Shown: positions 9,655-21,048 of the stretch, in pieces
Layout: every line of letters starts with the position of its first letter
Numbering within the stretch: the stretch's first letter is position 1
From: Buchnera aphidicola (Periphyllus testudinaceus)
GTDB taxonomy: Bacteria; Pseudomonadota; Gammaproteobacteria; Enterobacterales; Enterobacteriaceae
Length of the DNA: 24,000 nucleotides
Assembly: GCF_964059035.1 (NCBI RefSeq)
Contig: NZ_OZ060380.1
Coordinates: 115,416 to 139,415 of the forward strand
Reading direction: 5' to 3'
Program-made: the position numbers and the translations under genes
Notes under the pieces: model-generated
The model's database searches: none
What the model was told of the DNA's origin: nothing
Seen by the model: only the letters and a program-made list of their open reading frames with translations

Positions 9655-10964
9655 AATTTAAAAATTTATCAGAAGAAACACATCCTTTGACTTGGAGATT
9701 TAGAAAAGATCAAAAAACAGTATGGATTAAAGAATATATTAAAAAAAATGGCTATTTTTCTTTAAGAAAATCTCTTATTGAAATGAATTCTAAAAAAATT
9801 ATTAATAAAGTTTTAAAATCTGGATTAAAAGGTAGAGGTGGAGCAGGTTTTCAAACAGGATTAAAATGGAATTTAATGCCAAAAGATGAGCATTTAAAAA
9901 AAAAATATTTAATATGTAATGCTGATGAAATGGAACCTGGAACATATAAAGATAGATGGATAATTGAAAATTGCCCGCATTTATTAATTGAAGGGATTAT
10001 AATTAGTGCTTTTGCTTTAAATGTTTCTTGTGGGTATATATTTCTTAGAGGAGAATATATTGTACCGGAAAAAATATTAATTAGAGCTATAAATGAAGCA
10101 TATGAAAATAATTTTTTAGGTAAGAATATTTTAAATACTAATTTTTCTTTTGATTTACATTTGCATACTGGAGCAGGGAGATATATTTGTGGAGAAGAAA
10201 CAGCTTTAATAAATTCTTTGGAAGGAAAAAGAGCTAATCCAAGGTTAAAACCTCCTTTTCCTTCAAATTTAGGTTTATGGGGTTATCCAACATGTGTAAA
10301 TAATGTAGAAACTTTATCAAATATTCCTGCTATTATTTCTAATTCTACAAATTGGTATAAAAAATTATCTAAAAATGAAGATTCTGGAACAAAATTAATG
10401 GGTTTTTCTGGTTCTGTAAAAAATCCAGGAATATGGGAGCTTCCTTTTGGAACAACAGCTAGGGAAATATTAGAAGATTATGCTCATGGAGTGAAAGATA
10501 ATTTAAAATTAAAAGCATGGTTACCTGGTGGCGCAGGAACTAATTTTTTAATTGAAAAACATATTGATGTAAAAATGGGTTTTTTAAGTATACAAAATAT
10601 AGGTAGTCGATTAGGTACTGGATTAGCAGTAGCTATAGATAATAAAATAAATATTGTATCTTTTGTATTAAACTTAGAAAAATTTTTTTCTAGAGAATCA
10701 TGTGGATTATGTACTCCTTGTAGAAATGGTCTTCCATGGATAGTAAATATTTTAAAATCTATAAAGAAGAAAAAAGGGAATATAGGAGATTTAAAATTAT
10801 TAAAAAATTTATGTGAACAAATGGGTCCTGGAAAAACATTTTGTGCTCATGCTCCTGGAGCGGTTTCTCCTTTAAAAAGTGCTCTGAAATATTTTTATTC
10901 AGAATTTGAGTATGGAATTGTAAAAAATAAAAATAATTTTATAAAAGAAATTTCTGGAATATAA
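9651..10964 (+). CDS. nuoF: NADH-quinone oxidoreductase subunit F
   Basis: [69 protein letters not shown] overlap with nuoE. Confidence 0.98.
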   Translation: MKFKNLSEETHPLTWRFRKDQKTVWIKEYIKKNGYFSLRKSLIEMNSKKIINKVLKSGLKGRGGAGFQTGLKWNLMPKDEHLKKKYLICNADEMEPGTYKDRWIIENCPHLLIEGIIISAFALNVSCGYIFLRGEYIVPEKILIRAINEAYENNFLGKNILNTNFSFDLHLHTGAGRYICGEETALINSLEGKRANPRLKPPFPSNLGLWGYPTCVNNVETLSNIPAIISNSTNWYKKLSKNEDSGTKLMGFSGSVKNPGIWELPFGTTAREILEDYAHGVKDNLKLKAWLPGGAGTNFLIEKHIDVKMGFLSIQNIGSRLGTGLAVAIDNKINIVSFVLNLEKFFSRESCGLCTPCRNGLPWIVNILKSIKKKKGNIGDLKLLKNLCEQMGPGKTFCAHAPGAVSPLKSALKYFYSEFEYGIVKNKNNFIKEISGI

Positions 10965-11084
10965 TTTTTTTTAAAAATTTATAAAAATTTTTATAAATTT
11001 AATTTCTATAAACAAATATTTTTTTGTTTTTTTTTTTATTTTTTTACAAATTAAATTTTTTTAAAAAATTTGGAAGAATTTATT

Positions 11085-13805
11085 ATGACTAAAATTTATA
11101 TAGATGGAGAAAAGTATTGTTCTAGTTTATCAAAAAATTTACTTGAAGTATGTTTAAATTTAGGATTTAATGTTCCTTATTTTTGTTGGCATCCAAAATT
11201 AGGAAGTGTAGGAGTATGTAGACAGTGCGCAATAAAAAAATATCAAGATAAAAATGATTCTATTGGAAGAATTGTAATGTCATGTATGACTCCAGTTGAA
11301 AAAAACACAATTATTTCAATTAATGATAAAGAATCTATTTCTTATAGAAAAAATATTATTGAATTATTAATGTTAAATCATCCACATGATTGTCCTGTAT
11401 GTGAAGAAGGAGGAAATTGTCATTTACAAGATATGACTGTCATGAATCAGCATTATTCTCGTCGTTATAGATTTAATAAAAAAGTTTATAAAAGTCAGTA
11501 TTTAGGTTTTTTTATTTCACATGAAATGAATAGATGCATTACATGTTATAGATGTGTAAGATATTATAAAGATTATGCAGATGGAAAAGATTTTAATGTA
11601 TATGGAGCAAATAGTAATATTTATTTTGGTAGATTTAAAAGTGGAGAATTAGAAAGCGAATATTCTGGAAATTTAATAGAAGTTTGTCCTACAGGAGTTT
11701 TTACAGATAAAACTTATTCAGAACATTATTCTAGAAAATGGGATCTTCAAAATGCTCCTAGTATTTGTTCACATTGCAGTATTGGATGTAATATTATTGT
11801 AGGAGAAAGATATAATAAAATTATAAAAATAGAAAATAGATATCATAAAGATATTAATAATTATTTTTTATGTGATTTAGGGCGTTTTGGATATGGACAT
11901 TCTAATTCTGTGAATAGACCTAAATATTGTTTTATAAAACAAAAAAATAAAAATAAAAAAATTGATTTTAAAAAAAATATTAAAAAAGTAGTAAAAATTC
12001 TTAAAAATTCTGAACAAATATTAGGAATTGGTTCTCCAAGAGCTAGTATTGAAACAAATTTTTCTTTAAAAGAATTAGTTGGACAAGAAAATTTTTCTAC
12101 AGGGCTTATTGATATAGATCATAAATGTATAAAATTAATTTTAAAAATAGTAAAAAGTAATAATATTAAAATTCCTTCTTTAAAAGAAGTAGAGGAATAT
12201 GATTCTATATTAGTTTTAGGGGAAGATATTACACAAACATCTTCTAGATTAGCTTTATCGATTAGACAAGCTCTTAAAAAGAGATCTAAAAAATTTTTAA
12301 AAAATAATAAAATTGATGATTGGCATGCTTCTGCCATAAATAATATTCAAAAAAATAATAAAAAATTTTTGTTTTTAACTAATACAAATAAAACCAAATT
12401 AGAAGATATTTCATCTTATACATATGTATCTAACATTAAAAATCAGGTTTATTTTTCTAATTATATTTTAAAAAATTTAAACAAAGAATTTGATGAATTT
12501 TTTATCTTAGAAGAAAATATAAAAGAGAAAATAACTTATATAACAGATGTACTTTTAAAATCAAAAAAAGTATTAATTGTTTCTGGATCTCATTCTAGAA
12601 ATATATCTTTGATTAAATATGCATATAATATTTCATTAACATTAAAAAATTTAGGTATTAAAACTGGTTTAATTTTGTTAACTCCTTATTCAAATTCTTT
12701 AGGAGTGTCAATAATTAAAGGAAAATCTTTAGATGTTTCTTTAAAAAGAGTTAAGAAAAATAAAAATTCTACATTAATTGTTATAGAAAATGATTTATTT
12801 TGTTTTCTTTCTAATTTTTATTTAAAAAAAAAATTAAAACGATTTAAAAATATTATTGTTATGGATCATCAAAAAACTAAAATTTTTAAAAAAGCTAATA
12901 TTACTTTTCCTGTAGCAAATTTTTTTGAAAGTATAGGAACGGTTATTAATTATGAGTTAAGAGCTCAGAGATTTTTTAAGGTATATAATGCAAATTTTTA
13001 TGATAAAAAAATTTCTATCAGATCTTCTTGGAGAATTTTAAATATCATTAATTTTAAATTAAATAAACATATTAAAATAATAAAAAATTTAGATGATCTT
13101 ATTGATTTTTGTATTAAAAAAATTCCTTTTTTAAAAAATATTAAAAAAGCAGCTCCAAATTCATTATTTAAGATATTTGGACAAAAAATTCCTCGATTAA
13201 CTAATCGGTCTAGTGGAAGAACTTCTTTAAGAGCAGATATTGATGTACATGAAATTAAACAAATGGATGATCATGATTCTATGTTTTCATTTTCAATGGA
13301 AGGAAGTTCAATATATAGAAAATATACATCTTTTTCTCCTTTTATTTGGTCTCCTCAATGGAATTCGTCTCAAGGATTACATAAATTTAAAAAAGAATCT
13401 TCTGGAAGTTTTTTAAATAAAGATAAAAAAAAATTTTTATTATCTGTAAATATTAAAAGTTCTTTAGATTATTTAAAAAAATATAAAAATTCTTTTATTA
13501 ATAATAAATGTCTTATAGTAGCTCCATATTATTTATTATTTGGAAGTGAAGAACTTAGTCAATATTCAGATATTATTAAACAAAAAATTTCTATACCGTA
13601 TGTTTTTATTAATCCGTTAGATGCAAAACGTTTTAATATTTCTAACAAAAAAAAAGTAAGTTTTACTTGTTTAAATGATGTTTATAATTTTATTGTTATA
13701 TATTCGAATTCTTTAGAACTAGGTCAAATATCTTTACCAATAGGTCGACTAAAAATACCTGTTTCTCTTATTGGAAAACCAATACAAGACTTAAAGGAAG
13801 TGTAA
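11085..13805 (+). CDS. nuoG: NADH-quinone oxidoreductase subunit G (start revised to ATG at 11085)
   Basis: [49 protein letters not shown]... matches NuoG. The ORF track starts at TTG 11070, but GGAAG at 11072 is a good SD for the ATG at 11085. Confidence 0.96.
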   Translation: MTKIYIDGEKYCSSLSKNLLEVCLNLGFNVPYFCWHPKLGSVGVCRQCAIKKYQDKNDSIGRIVMSCMTPVEKNTIISINDKESISYRKNIIELLMLNHPHDCPVCEEGGNCHLQDMTVMNQHYSRRYRFNKKVYKSQYLGFFISHEMNRCITCYRCVRYYKDYADGKDFNVYGANSNIYFGRFKSGELESEYSGNLIEVCPTGVFTDKTYSEHYSRKWDLQNAPSICSHCSIGCNIIVGERYNKIIKIENRYHKDINNYFLCDLGRFGYGHSNSVNRPKYCFIKQKNKNKKIDFKKNIKKVVKILKNSEQILGIGSPRASIETNFSLKELVGQENFSTGLIDIDHKCIKLILKIVKSNNIKIPSLKEVEEYDSILVLGEDITQTSSRLALSIRQALKKRSKKFLKNNKIDDWHASAINNIQKNNKKFLFLTNTNKTKLEDISSYTYVSNIKNQVYFSNYILKNLNKEFDEFFILEENIKEKITYITDVLLKSKKVLIVSGSHSRNISLIKYAYNISLTLKNLGIKTGLILLTPYSNSLGVSIIKGKSLDVSLKRVKKNKNSTLIVIENDLFCFLSNFYLKKKLKRFKNIIVMDHQKTKIFKKANITFPVANFFESIGTVINYELRAQRFFKVYNANFYDKKISIRSSWRILNIINFKLNKHIKIIKNLDDLIDFCIKKIPFLKNIKKAAPNSLFKIFGQKIPRLTNRSSGRTSLRADIDVHEIKQMDDHDSMFSFSMEGSSIYRKYTSFSPFIWSPQWNSSQGLHKFKKESSGSFLNKDKKKFLLSVNIKSSLDYLKKYKNSFINNKCLIVAPYYLLFGSEELSQYSDIIKQKISIPYVFINPLDAKRFNISNKKKVSFTCLNDVYNFIVIYSNSLELGQISLPIGRLKIPVSLIGKPIQDLKEV

Positions 13806-13806
13806 A

Positions 13807-14784
13807 ATGTATTATTTATTTTTAAAAAATAAATTTTTAATTTTGAATGTTTTTATGTCTTTTATTATTTTTTTTTCAATAGTGATTTTTGGAGCAATGT
13901 TAACTGTTATTGAAAGGCGATTGTTGGCTCTTTTTCAAAATAGATATGGACCGAACAGAGTTGGTATATTTGGTTCTCTGCAATTATTTGCGGATATGAT
14001 TAAGATTTTTTTTAAGGAAGATTGGACTCCTAATTTTAGTAATAAAATTATTTTTATTTTATCTCCTATTTTAGCTTTTAGTATAATGCTTTTAGTATCT
14101 ATTATAATTCCATTTTCTGTTTCTGAATGTATTTTAAATTTAAAAATTGGCATATTATTTTTTTTAATGATGGCTAGTTTATCTATTTATTCAATATTAT
14201 TAGCTGGATGGTCAAGTAATAATAAATATTCTTATTTAGGAGCTATAAGAGCTTCTGCGCAAACTTTAAGTTATGAAGTTTTTCTTGGTTTATCAGTTAT
14301 GGGAACTGTAGTGAGAGCTGGTTCTTTTAACTTATTAGATATAGTAAAAAGTCAAGAACATTTATGGAATTTTTTTCCTCAGTTTCTTGGATTTTTATCT
14401 TTTTTTATTTGTTCTTTAGCGATTTGTCATAGACATCCTTTTGATCAACCTGAATCAGAACAAGAGTTGGCTGATGGTTATCATATTGAATATTCTGGAA
14501 TGAAATTTGGAATGTTTTTTATTGGAGAATATATATCTATGATAATTATGTCGTTTTTAATTACAACTTTATTTTTTGGTGGATTTTATGGATTTTTCTT
14601 TGCATCTTTTTTTTGGTTTTTTTTAAAATCTTTATTTTTTCTTTTTCTTTTTATTTTAATACGCGCTTCTTTACCGCGTCCTAGGTATGATCAAGTAATG
14701 ATTTTTGGTTGGATAATATGTTTTCCAATGACATTAATTAATTTACTTTTAGTGAGTTTTTTTACTCTATATTATAAATTATAA
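13807..14784 (+). CDS. nuoH: NADH-quinone oxidoreductase subunit H
   Basis: [87 protein letters not shown]. Confidence 0.98.
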   Translation: MYYLFLKNKFLILNVFMSFIIFFSIVIFGAMLTVIERRLLALFQNRYGPNRVGIFGSLQLFADMIKIFFKEDWTPNFSNKIIFILSPILAFSIMLLVSIIIPFSVSECILNLKIGILFFLMMASLSIYSILLAGWSSNNKYSYLGAIRASAQTLSYEVFLGLSVMGTVVRAGSFNLLDIVKSQEHLWNFFPQFLGFLSFFICSLAICHRHPFDQPESEQELADGYHIEYSGMKFGMFFIGEYISMIIMSFLITTLFFGGFYGFFFASFFWFFLKSLFFLFLFILIRASLPRPRYDQVMIFGWIICFPMTLINLLLVSFFTLYYKL

Positions 14785-14797
14785 AATGGAGAATATT

Positions 14798-15340
14798 ATG
14801 TTTTTGAAAAAAATTTTTAGAAGCATTATGTCTCAAATAAGTAGTATTTTTTTAATATTTATGAATTCATTTTCTAAAAGAGAAACAAAATTATATCCAG
14901 AAGAATCGGTAAAATTGTCTCCTAGATATAGAGGTAGAATTGTTTTAACTAGAAATAAAAATAAGACAGAGCGTTGTGTTGCTTGTAATTTATGCGCTGT
15001 AGTTTGTCCTGTTAGTTGTATTTCTTTACAAAAAGAAAATTTAAAGAATAATCGTTGGCATGCTAAGTTTTTTAGAATAAATTTTTCTAGATGTATATTT
15101 TGTGGTTTATGTGAAGAATCTTGTCCTACTGCAGCTATTCAATTAATTCCTGATTTTGAATTATCTGAGTATAAAAGACAAGATTTAATATATGAAAAAG
15201 AAGATTTATTAATTTCTGGACCTGGTAAATATCCTGATTATGATTTTTATAAATATTCTGGAGTATCTATAAAAGAACCAAAAAATATTAATAAGAATAA
15301 AAAAACGAACACAGTAGATTTAAAAAGTCTTTTACCTTAG
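14798..15340 (+). CDS. nuoI: NADH-quinone oxidoreductase subunit I (start revised to 14798)
   Basis: Two 4Fe-4S motifs [13 protein letters not shown] and [13 protein letters not shown]. Starting at ATG 14798, after the TGGAG SD that overlaps the upstream ATG at 14786, gives 180 aa, the E. coli length. Confidence 0.95.
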   Translation: MFLKKIFRSIMSQISSIFLIFMNSFSKRETKLYPEESVKLSPRYRGRIVLTRNKNKTERCVACNLCAVVCPVSCISLQKENLKNNRWHAKFFRINFSRCIFCGLCEESCPTAAIQLIPDFELSEYKRQDLIYEKEDLLISGPGKYPDYDFYKYSGVSIKEPKNINKNKKTNTVDLKSLLP

Positions 15341-15349
15341 GAAAAATTT

Positions 15350-15856
15350 ATGAATATTTTTTTTTATATTTTTAGTTTGATTTCAATTATATCTATTATA
15401 TTTTTAATTTTTCAAAAAAATCCTATTTACTCTTTATTATATTTAATAGTTTCATTTTTATCTTTTTCAGGAATATATTTTTCTATTGGGGCGCTATTTA
15501 TAGGATCTTTAGAAACAATTATTTATGCTGGAGCTATAATGGTTCTGTTTATATTTGTAATTATGATATTAAATTTAAAAGTTAAAAATATGAATAAAAA
15601 AAGAAAATTTTTTTCTAAAAAGATATTTGCTTTTTCTGTTTTTTTATCATTATTTTTATTTTTTATAATTTTTAATATATTTTATGAAATAGATGATCAA
15701 AATATAGATATAAATTTTTTTGATATTAAAATGATTGGTGTAATTTTATTTCATAAATATATATGGTTTGTAGAATTTTCTTCTGTATTATTGTTATCAG
15801 CATTAATAATTGTTTTTCATTTATTTAGTAATAAAAAATATATTAAAAATAAATAA
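15350..15856 (+). CDS. nuoJ: NADH-quinone oxidoreductase subunit J
   Basis: FSLISIISIIFLIFQKNPIYSLLYLIVSFLSFSGIYFSIGALFIGSLETIIYAGAIMVLFIFVIMILNL matches NuoJ. Confidence 0.95.
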   Translation: MNIFFYIFSLISIISIIFLIFQKNPIYSLLYLIVSFLSFSGIYFSIGALFIGSLETIIYAGAIMVLFIFVIMILNLKVKNMNKKRKFFSKKIFAFSVFLSLFLFFIIFNIFYEIDDQNIDINFFDIKMIGVILFHKYIWFVEFSSVLLLSALIIVFHLFSNKKYIKNK

Positions 15857-15875
15857 TATTTTATTGGAGAAAATT

Positions 15876-16178
15876 TTGATAACTATTTCGAATGGTTTAA
15901 TTTTATCAACAATTTTGTTTTGTTTAGGGTTTTTGTGTTTAGTGATGAGAAGAAATTTGTTTTATGTTCTTTTAGGATTAGAAATTATGATTAATTCTGT
16001 AGCTTTTTTTTTAGTATTTATAGGAAATTATTGGAATCAAATAGATGGTCAAATAATGTATATTTTTATAATTACTATAGCGGCTGCAGAAGCAGGTATT
16101 GGTTTAGCTTTTTTAATAAATATTTATAAATACAAAAATACTTTAGATATGGACACTTTCAGAGAGAGAAAAAAATGA
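15876..16178 (+). CDS. nuoK: NADH-quinone oxidoreductase subunit K (start revised to TTG 15876)
   Basis: GLILSTILFCLGFLCLVMRRNLFYVLLGLEIMINSVAFFLVFIGNYWNQIDGQIMYIFIITIAAAEAGIGLAF. TTG at 15876 with GGAG 6 nt upstream gives 100 aa as in E. coli. The ORF track start at 15810 lies inside nuoJ. Confidence 0.93.
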   Translation: MITISNGLILSTILFCLGFLCLVMRRNLFYVLLGLEIMINSVAFFLVFIGNYWNQIDGQIMYIFIITIAAAEAGIGLAFLINIYKYKNTLDMDTFRERKK

Positions 16179-18007
16179 ATTTATTATTTCCGATAATTTT
16201 TTTTCCTTTAATAAGTTTTTTATTAACTGTTTTATCTAAAAACAAATTTTCAATTTCTTTTTATAACATTATTGGAACTTTACCAACTTTTATTTGTTTT
16301 TTATTAATAAATTATATTTGTATAAATTATTTTAATTCTATTAATTTTCATTCTTTTAAAGTTTTTTGGAATTGGATTATTGTTGATTCTGTTTATATTA
16401 ATTTTAGTTTTTTAATAGATAAATTATCTTTAACAATGTTACAAGTTATTACAGGAGTTGGTTTTTTAATACAAATTTTTTCTTGTTGGTATATGAGTTA
16501 TAAAAAAGATGTAAGTAGATTTTTTTCTTATATAAATTTATTTATTTTTGGAATGATTTTATTAGTTTTATCAGATAATTTTTTATTAATGTATTTAGCA
16601 TGGGAAATAGTAGGTTTTTGTTCGTATGCGTTGATTGGTTTTTATTATAAAAATTTGTCTAATATTAAATCTTCTATGAAAGCATTAGTTATTACTAGAA
16701 TAGGTGATTTTTTTATTTTATTAGCTATTTTTTTGTTATTTTTTAAATTTAAAACGTTAAATTTTTATGAATTAAATAATATTTTTCATTCAATAAAATT
16801 AATTGATAATAATTTTTTTAATTTAATTAGTTTTTTAATTTTAGTTGGATCTATTGCAAAATCTGCTCAATTTCCTTTGCAAACTTGGTTAACTAAAGCT
16901 ATGGTTGGACCAACTCCAGTATCTGCTTTAATACATTCGGCAACAATGATTACTGCTGGGGTATATTTAATTTTAAGGTTGCATAATTTATTTTTATTGT
17001 CGAATAAAATTTTGTTTTTGGTATCTTTTTTAGGTGCGTGCACTATTTTAATATCTAGTTTTTCTGCTATATTTGAAAAAGATTTGAAAAGAATTTTAGC
17101 GTATTCTACAATGAGTCAAGTTGGTTATATGTTTTTAGGTCTAGGAATGAAATTGTGGATTCCTGTTTTAGCACATTTAGTTTCGCATTCTTTTTTTAAA
17201 GCTTTATTATTTCTTTCTTCTGGTTCGTTAATTTTTTCTTGTTCTAAAGAACAAAATATTCTTAAAATGGGTGGATTAAAGAATTTTTTACCTTTTTTAC
17301 ATATTTGTTTTATTTTTGGATTATTTTCATTAATTGGATTTCCGATTATTACATCTAGTTTTTATACAAAAGGTTCTATTATTTGGGAATCTTTTAATCA
17401 GAAATATTATTTTTTCTTTTTAGTTGGTTTAATTGGATCATTTTTAACTTCTATATATTCTTCACGTATGTTTTTTTTAATTTTTTATAGAAATTCTATT
17501 ATAAAAATTAAATTGGTAAAAAGTTTTTTACATTATTTTTCTTTATTAATATTTTGTTCTTTATCAACGGTTTTATCATTAATTTTATTTTTTCCATTTT
17601 TAAATATATCAATTTTACAAGATATTTTAAATTTAAAAAAAATGATTTTTGAATTTTTTGTTTCATTGGTATCTTTTTTTGGAATTTTTATTTCATATTA
17701 TTTTTTTATTATTAAATATAATACAATTTTTAAATCAATAAATAAAAAAAAATATTTTTTTTATTTTAGATTTTTAGATAAAAATTTTGGATTAGATTAT
17801 TTATATAAATATATTTTTATTAAACCGTTTTATTTGTTAAAAAAAATATTTTTTATAGATTATATTAAAAAAATAATTAATTTAATTAAATTTATTTTAA
17901 AATTATTAAATTATTGTTTAACAATTTTTGAAAATGGACATTTAAATTTATATATTTTATCTATTTTTACTGGAACTATATTAATTTTTTTTAATTTTTT
18001 TATATAG
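16175..18007 (+). CDS. nuoL: NADH-quinone oxidoreductase subunit L
   Basis: QFPLQTWLTKAMVGPTPVSALIHSATMITAGVYL, KRILAYSTMSQVGYMFLGLG. ATGA overlap with nuoK. Confidence 0.98.
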   Translation: MNLLFPIIFFPLISFLLTVLSKNKFSISFYNIIGTLPTFICFLLINYICINYFNSINFHSFKVFWNWIIVDSVYINFSFLIDKLSLTMLQVITGVGFLIQIFSCWYMSYKKDVSRFFSYINLFIFGMILLVLSDNFLLMYLAWEIVGFCSYALIGFYYKNLSNIKSSMKALVITRIGDFFILLAIFLLFFKFKTLNFYELNNIFHSIKLIDNNFFNLISFLILVGSIAKSAQFPLQTWLTKAMVGPTPVSALIHSATMITAGVYLILRLHNLFLLSNKILFLVSFLGACTILISSFSAIFEKDLKRILAYSTMSQVGYMFLGLGMKLWIPVLAHLVSHSFFKALLFLSSGSLIFSCSKEQNILKMGGLKNFLPFLHICFIFGLFSLIGFPIITSSFYTKGSIIWESFNQKYYFFFLVGLIGSFLTSIYSSRMFFLIFYRNSIIKIKLVKSFLHYFSLLIFCSLSTVLSLILFFPFLNISILQDILNLKKMIFEFFVSLVSFFGIFISYYFFIIKYNTIFKSINKKKYFFYFRFLDKNFGLDYLYKYIFIKPFYLLKKIFFIDYIKKIINLIKFILKLLNYCLTIFENGHLNLYILSIFTGTILIFFNFFI

Positions 18008-18077
18008 TTTTTAATATTTATAATATTTAGATAAGAAATTTTTTTTATTTCTTTCTTAAAAATAGGACTATTGAATT

Positions 18078-19583
18078 ATGTGTCTTTATTTATTAATTTT
18101 ATTACCTTGTTTAGGAGGTATTTTTTCTTGGATTTCAGAAAAAATAAATAAAAAAATACCTTTTTGGATTTCTTTATTTTTTATATTTTTAATGTTCATA
18201 GTAGTATTAGATATATTTTTTAAAAATTATTTATTTACAGATTATTCAATTAATTTATGGGATTTAGAATATTGCATACCATGGATAAAAAATTTGGGAG
18301 TAAGTTTTCATTTAGGAATTGATAGAATTTCATTTTTAATGATTATGCTAACAATTTTTTTATCTTTTATTTCTATTTTATTGACATGGAACGAAAATAT
18401 TAAAAAAATTGGATTTTTTTATTTTTGTATTATGTTGATAATTTCTAGTATAATGGGAATTTTTTTGTCTTTAGATCTTTTTTTATTTTTTATTTTTTGG
18501 GAAATTATAATTATTCCAACGTATTTTTTATCTATTTTTTATGGTAGAAAAAAAATTTTTTCTTTAAAACAATTAAATTCTTCAAATGAGTATTTAATAT
18601 ATTCACAGATATCTGGAATAATATTATTATGTTCGATTCTTGGTTTAGTTACAAATTATTATTTTCAGTATCATATTTGGACTTTTGATTATAATCTTTT
18701 AAAAAATCTTATTTTAGATAGAAAAACAGAATTTTTTTTAATGTTTGGTTTTTTTATTTCTTTTATTATTAAAGTACCTTTAATTCCTTTTCATAGTTGG
18801 TTTCCAAATTTTCATAGAAATACTTCAGTAACTGGATCGTTTGATTTAATTGGTATTATAATAAAAGTTGCTATATATAGTATTTTACGTTTTAATATTT
18901 TTTTATTTCCAAAATCATCTTTATATTTTTCTAATTATTTTTGTCTCTTTTTTTTATTAAGTATATTTTATAGTATATTTTTAGCATTTTCTCAAAATAG
19001 TATTAAAAAAATTATAGCATATACGTCTATTTCTCATATGAGTTTTATTTTAATTTCAATTTATTCTGGAAGTTTTATTTCTTATCAAGGAATTATTTTG
19101 CAAATAGTTTCTTATAGTATTTCAACTTCTGCTTTAATTATTTTAACAAAAATATTATATAAAAATTTTAAAACTGATAATTTTAAAAAAATGTCAGGTT
19201 TGTGGAAAATAATGAATTTTGTTCCTGGATTTTTTTTATTTTTTGTTATGTCTAATTTAGGAATTCCTGGAACAGGGAATTTTGTTGGTGAATTTTTGAT
19301 GTTATTAGGAAGTTTTAAATTTTTTCCTATAATTATTAGTTTTTCTATGATTGGATTAATTTTTTTATTAATTTGTTTTTTAAATATATTTCATAAGATA
19401 TTTTATGGGCCGTGTAATGTATCTTTTATTTCATGTCAAATTTCTAAATTAGAGTTTTTTATTTTATTAATATTATCTTTTTTTATTATTTTTATTGGAT
19501 TATATCCTAATATAATATTACAATTTGTTAATTCTTCTATGCTTCATATTAGTGAAAGAATGCCTCATATTATTTTAAATTAA
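18078..19583 (+). CDS. nuoM: NADH-quinone oxidoreductase subunit M
   Basis: WENIKKIGFFYF..., KVPLIPFHSWFPNFHRNTSVTGSF, KKIIAYTSISHMSFI, GIPGTGNFVGEFLMLLG. Matches NuoM. Confidence 0.97.
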   Translation: MCLYLLILLPCLGGIFSWISEKINKKIPFWISLFFIFLMFIVVLDIFFKNYLFTDYSINLWDLEYCIPWIKNLGVSFHLGIDRISFLMIMLTIFLSFISILLTWNENIKKIGFFYFCIMLIISSIMGIFLSLDLFLFFIFWEIIIIPTYFLSIFYGRKKIFSLKQLNSSNEYLIYSQISGIILLCSILGLVTNYYFQYHIWTFDYNLLKNLILDRKTEFFLMFGFFISFIIKVPLIPFHSWFPNFHRNTSVTGSFDLIGIIIKVAIYSILRFNIFLFPKSSLYFSNYFCLFFLLSIFYSIFLAFSQNSIKKIIAYTSISHMSFILISIYSGSFISYQGIILQIVSYSISTSALIILTKILYKNFKTDNFKKMSGLWKIMNFVPGFFLFFVMSNLGIPGTGNFVGEFLMLLGSFKFFPIIISFSMIGLIFLLICFLNIFHKIFYGPCNVSFISCQISKLEFFILLILSFFIIFIGLYPNIILQFVNSSMLHISERMPHIILN

Positions 19584-19596
19584 GGTGAAATATATA

Positions 19597-21048
19597 ATGA
19601 TTTCTATGTTTAAACAGTTTTTTTTTATATCTCCTTTGTTAATTTTATCGATTTCAATTGTATTAAATTTATTTATAATTATTCATAAAAGAAATTTTTT
19701 TTTATCTTTTTTAACAACTTTGTTTGGTTTAATTTTTTCTTTATTTTTTTTTATTTTATTAATAAATAATTCTAATATAAATTTAAAATATTTTTTATTT
19801 TTTCAGTTAAGTATTTTTTATGTTCTATTATTTTTTTTAGGAAGTATAATAACTTGCATAATTTCTTATATATGGTTACGAAGTAAATCATTTAATAAAG
19901 AAGAATTTTATTTATTACTTTTAATATCTAATATAGGTGGTTGTTTATTATTTTTATGTAATAATATTTTTTCTTTATTTATTGGAATAGAATTATTATC
20001 TTTACCTTTATTTGGAATGATAAGTTATGATTCATCAAAAAATTTTAAAACTTTAGAATCTGCTTTTAAATATTTTATTTTATCTAGTATTTCATCTATT
20101 TTTTTATTATTAGGAATTTCTCTTATATATCTTTCTTCTGGTACTTTAAATTTTTTTATATTAAAGTCTTTAGTTTCTTTTTCAATGATAAATTTTTATG
20201 TTTCATTTTTTTTTGGATTAATGTTTATTTTAGTTTCTTTTTTTATAAAAATTACAGTTTTTCCGTTTTATTTTTGGATTCCTGATATTTATGAAGTAAC
20301 TTCTTTTCCTGTATTAATTTATTTTTCTAATTCAATAAAAATAATTTTTTTTGTAATTTTATCAAAATTATTTTTTTTATTTCCTTATATAGATTTTTTA
20401 TCTGTTTTAAAAATTTTAAAATATATAGTTTTTTTTTCTATTTTAATAGGAAGTATTTTAGCTTTATTTCAAAAAAATATAAAAAGATTAATTGGTTATT
20501 CTTCTATTGTTAGTTCTGGGTATTTATTAATTATTTTAATTTTTTTATATAATGATAATTTATTTAATGAGGCAGCAAGAATTTATTTATTAGGATATTT
20601 TTTAAACAGTATTGTTTTATTTAGTTCAATGACTCTTATTTCAGCATTTTTTAAAGATAAAAATTCTCATTCTTTTAAAAATTATAAGGGTTGTTTTTGG
20701 AAAAGTTATATTTTATCTATATCAATTATAATATCTTTATTTTCTATGATTGGTTTTCCTTTAACAATAGGTTTTTTTAGTAAGTTTTATCTTTTAAGAT
20801 TAGTTGTTGAAAATCATAATACTCTTTTTGGAATAAGCATTCTTTTTGAAAGTGTTATTAGTTTGTATTATTATATAAATTTTATAAAAATATTTTTTTA
20901 TAAAAAGAAAAAATATTTTATAAATAAATTACCTATTGAAACTAATTTATATAAATTTTTTAAAATTGTTATTTTTTGTTTATCTTTATTAATAATTTTA
21001 ATAGGATTTTTTCCAAATTTTTTAAAATTTTTAAATTATTCTGTTTAA
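19597..21048 (+). CDS. nuoN: NADH-quinone oxidoreductase subunit N (start revised to ATG 19597)
   Basis: EEFYLLLLISNIGGCLLFLCNNIFSLFIGIELLSLPLFGMISYD, NIKRLIGYSSIVSSGYLL. AAGGTG at 19582-19587 fits as an SD for ATG 19597; the ORF track uses the GTG inside that SD. Confidence 0.95.
   Translation: MISMFKQFFFISPLLILSISIVLNLFIIIHKRNFFLSFLTTLFGLIFSLFFFILLINNSNINLKYFLFFQLSIFYVLLFFLGSIITCIISYIWLRSKSFNKEEFYLLLLISNIGGCLLFLCNNIFSLFIGIELLSLPLFGMISYDSSKNFKTLESAFKYFILSSISSIFLLLGISLIYLSSGTLNFFILKSLVSFSMINFYVSFFFGLMFILVSFFIKITVFPFYFWIPDIYEVTSFPVLIYFSNSIKIIFFVILSKLFFLFPYIDFLSVLKILKYIVFFSILIGSILALFQKNIKRLIGYSSIVSSGYLLIILIFLYNDNLFNEAARIYLLGYFLNSIVLFSSMTLISAFFKDKNSHSFKNYKGCFWKSYILSISIIISLFSMIGFPLTIGFFSKFYLLRLVVENHNTLFGISILFESVISLYYYINFIKIFFYKKKKYFINKLPIETNLYKFFKIVIFCLSLLIILIGFFPNFLKFLNYSV

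Noticed and set aside
12119-12337. 72-aa minus-strand ORF within nuoG
   Set aside because: Lies wholly inside nuoG, which is intact and conserved in sense; no RBS or homology recognised.
13935-14153. 72-aa minus-strand ORF within nuoH
   Set aside because: Lies wholly inside the conserved nuoH coding region; antisense artefact.
15810-15875. N-terminal extension of nuoK in the ORF track
   Set aside because: Overlaps the 3' end of nuoJ and has no counterpart in NuoK; TTG 15876 with a properly spaced GGAG fits the canonical 100-aa protein.
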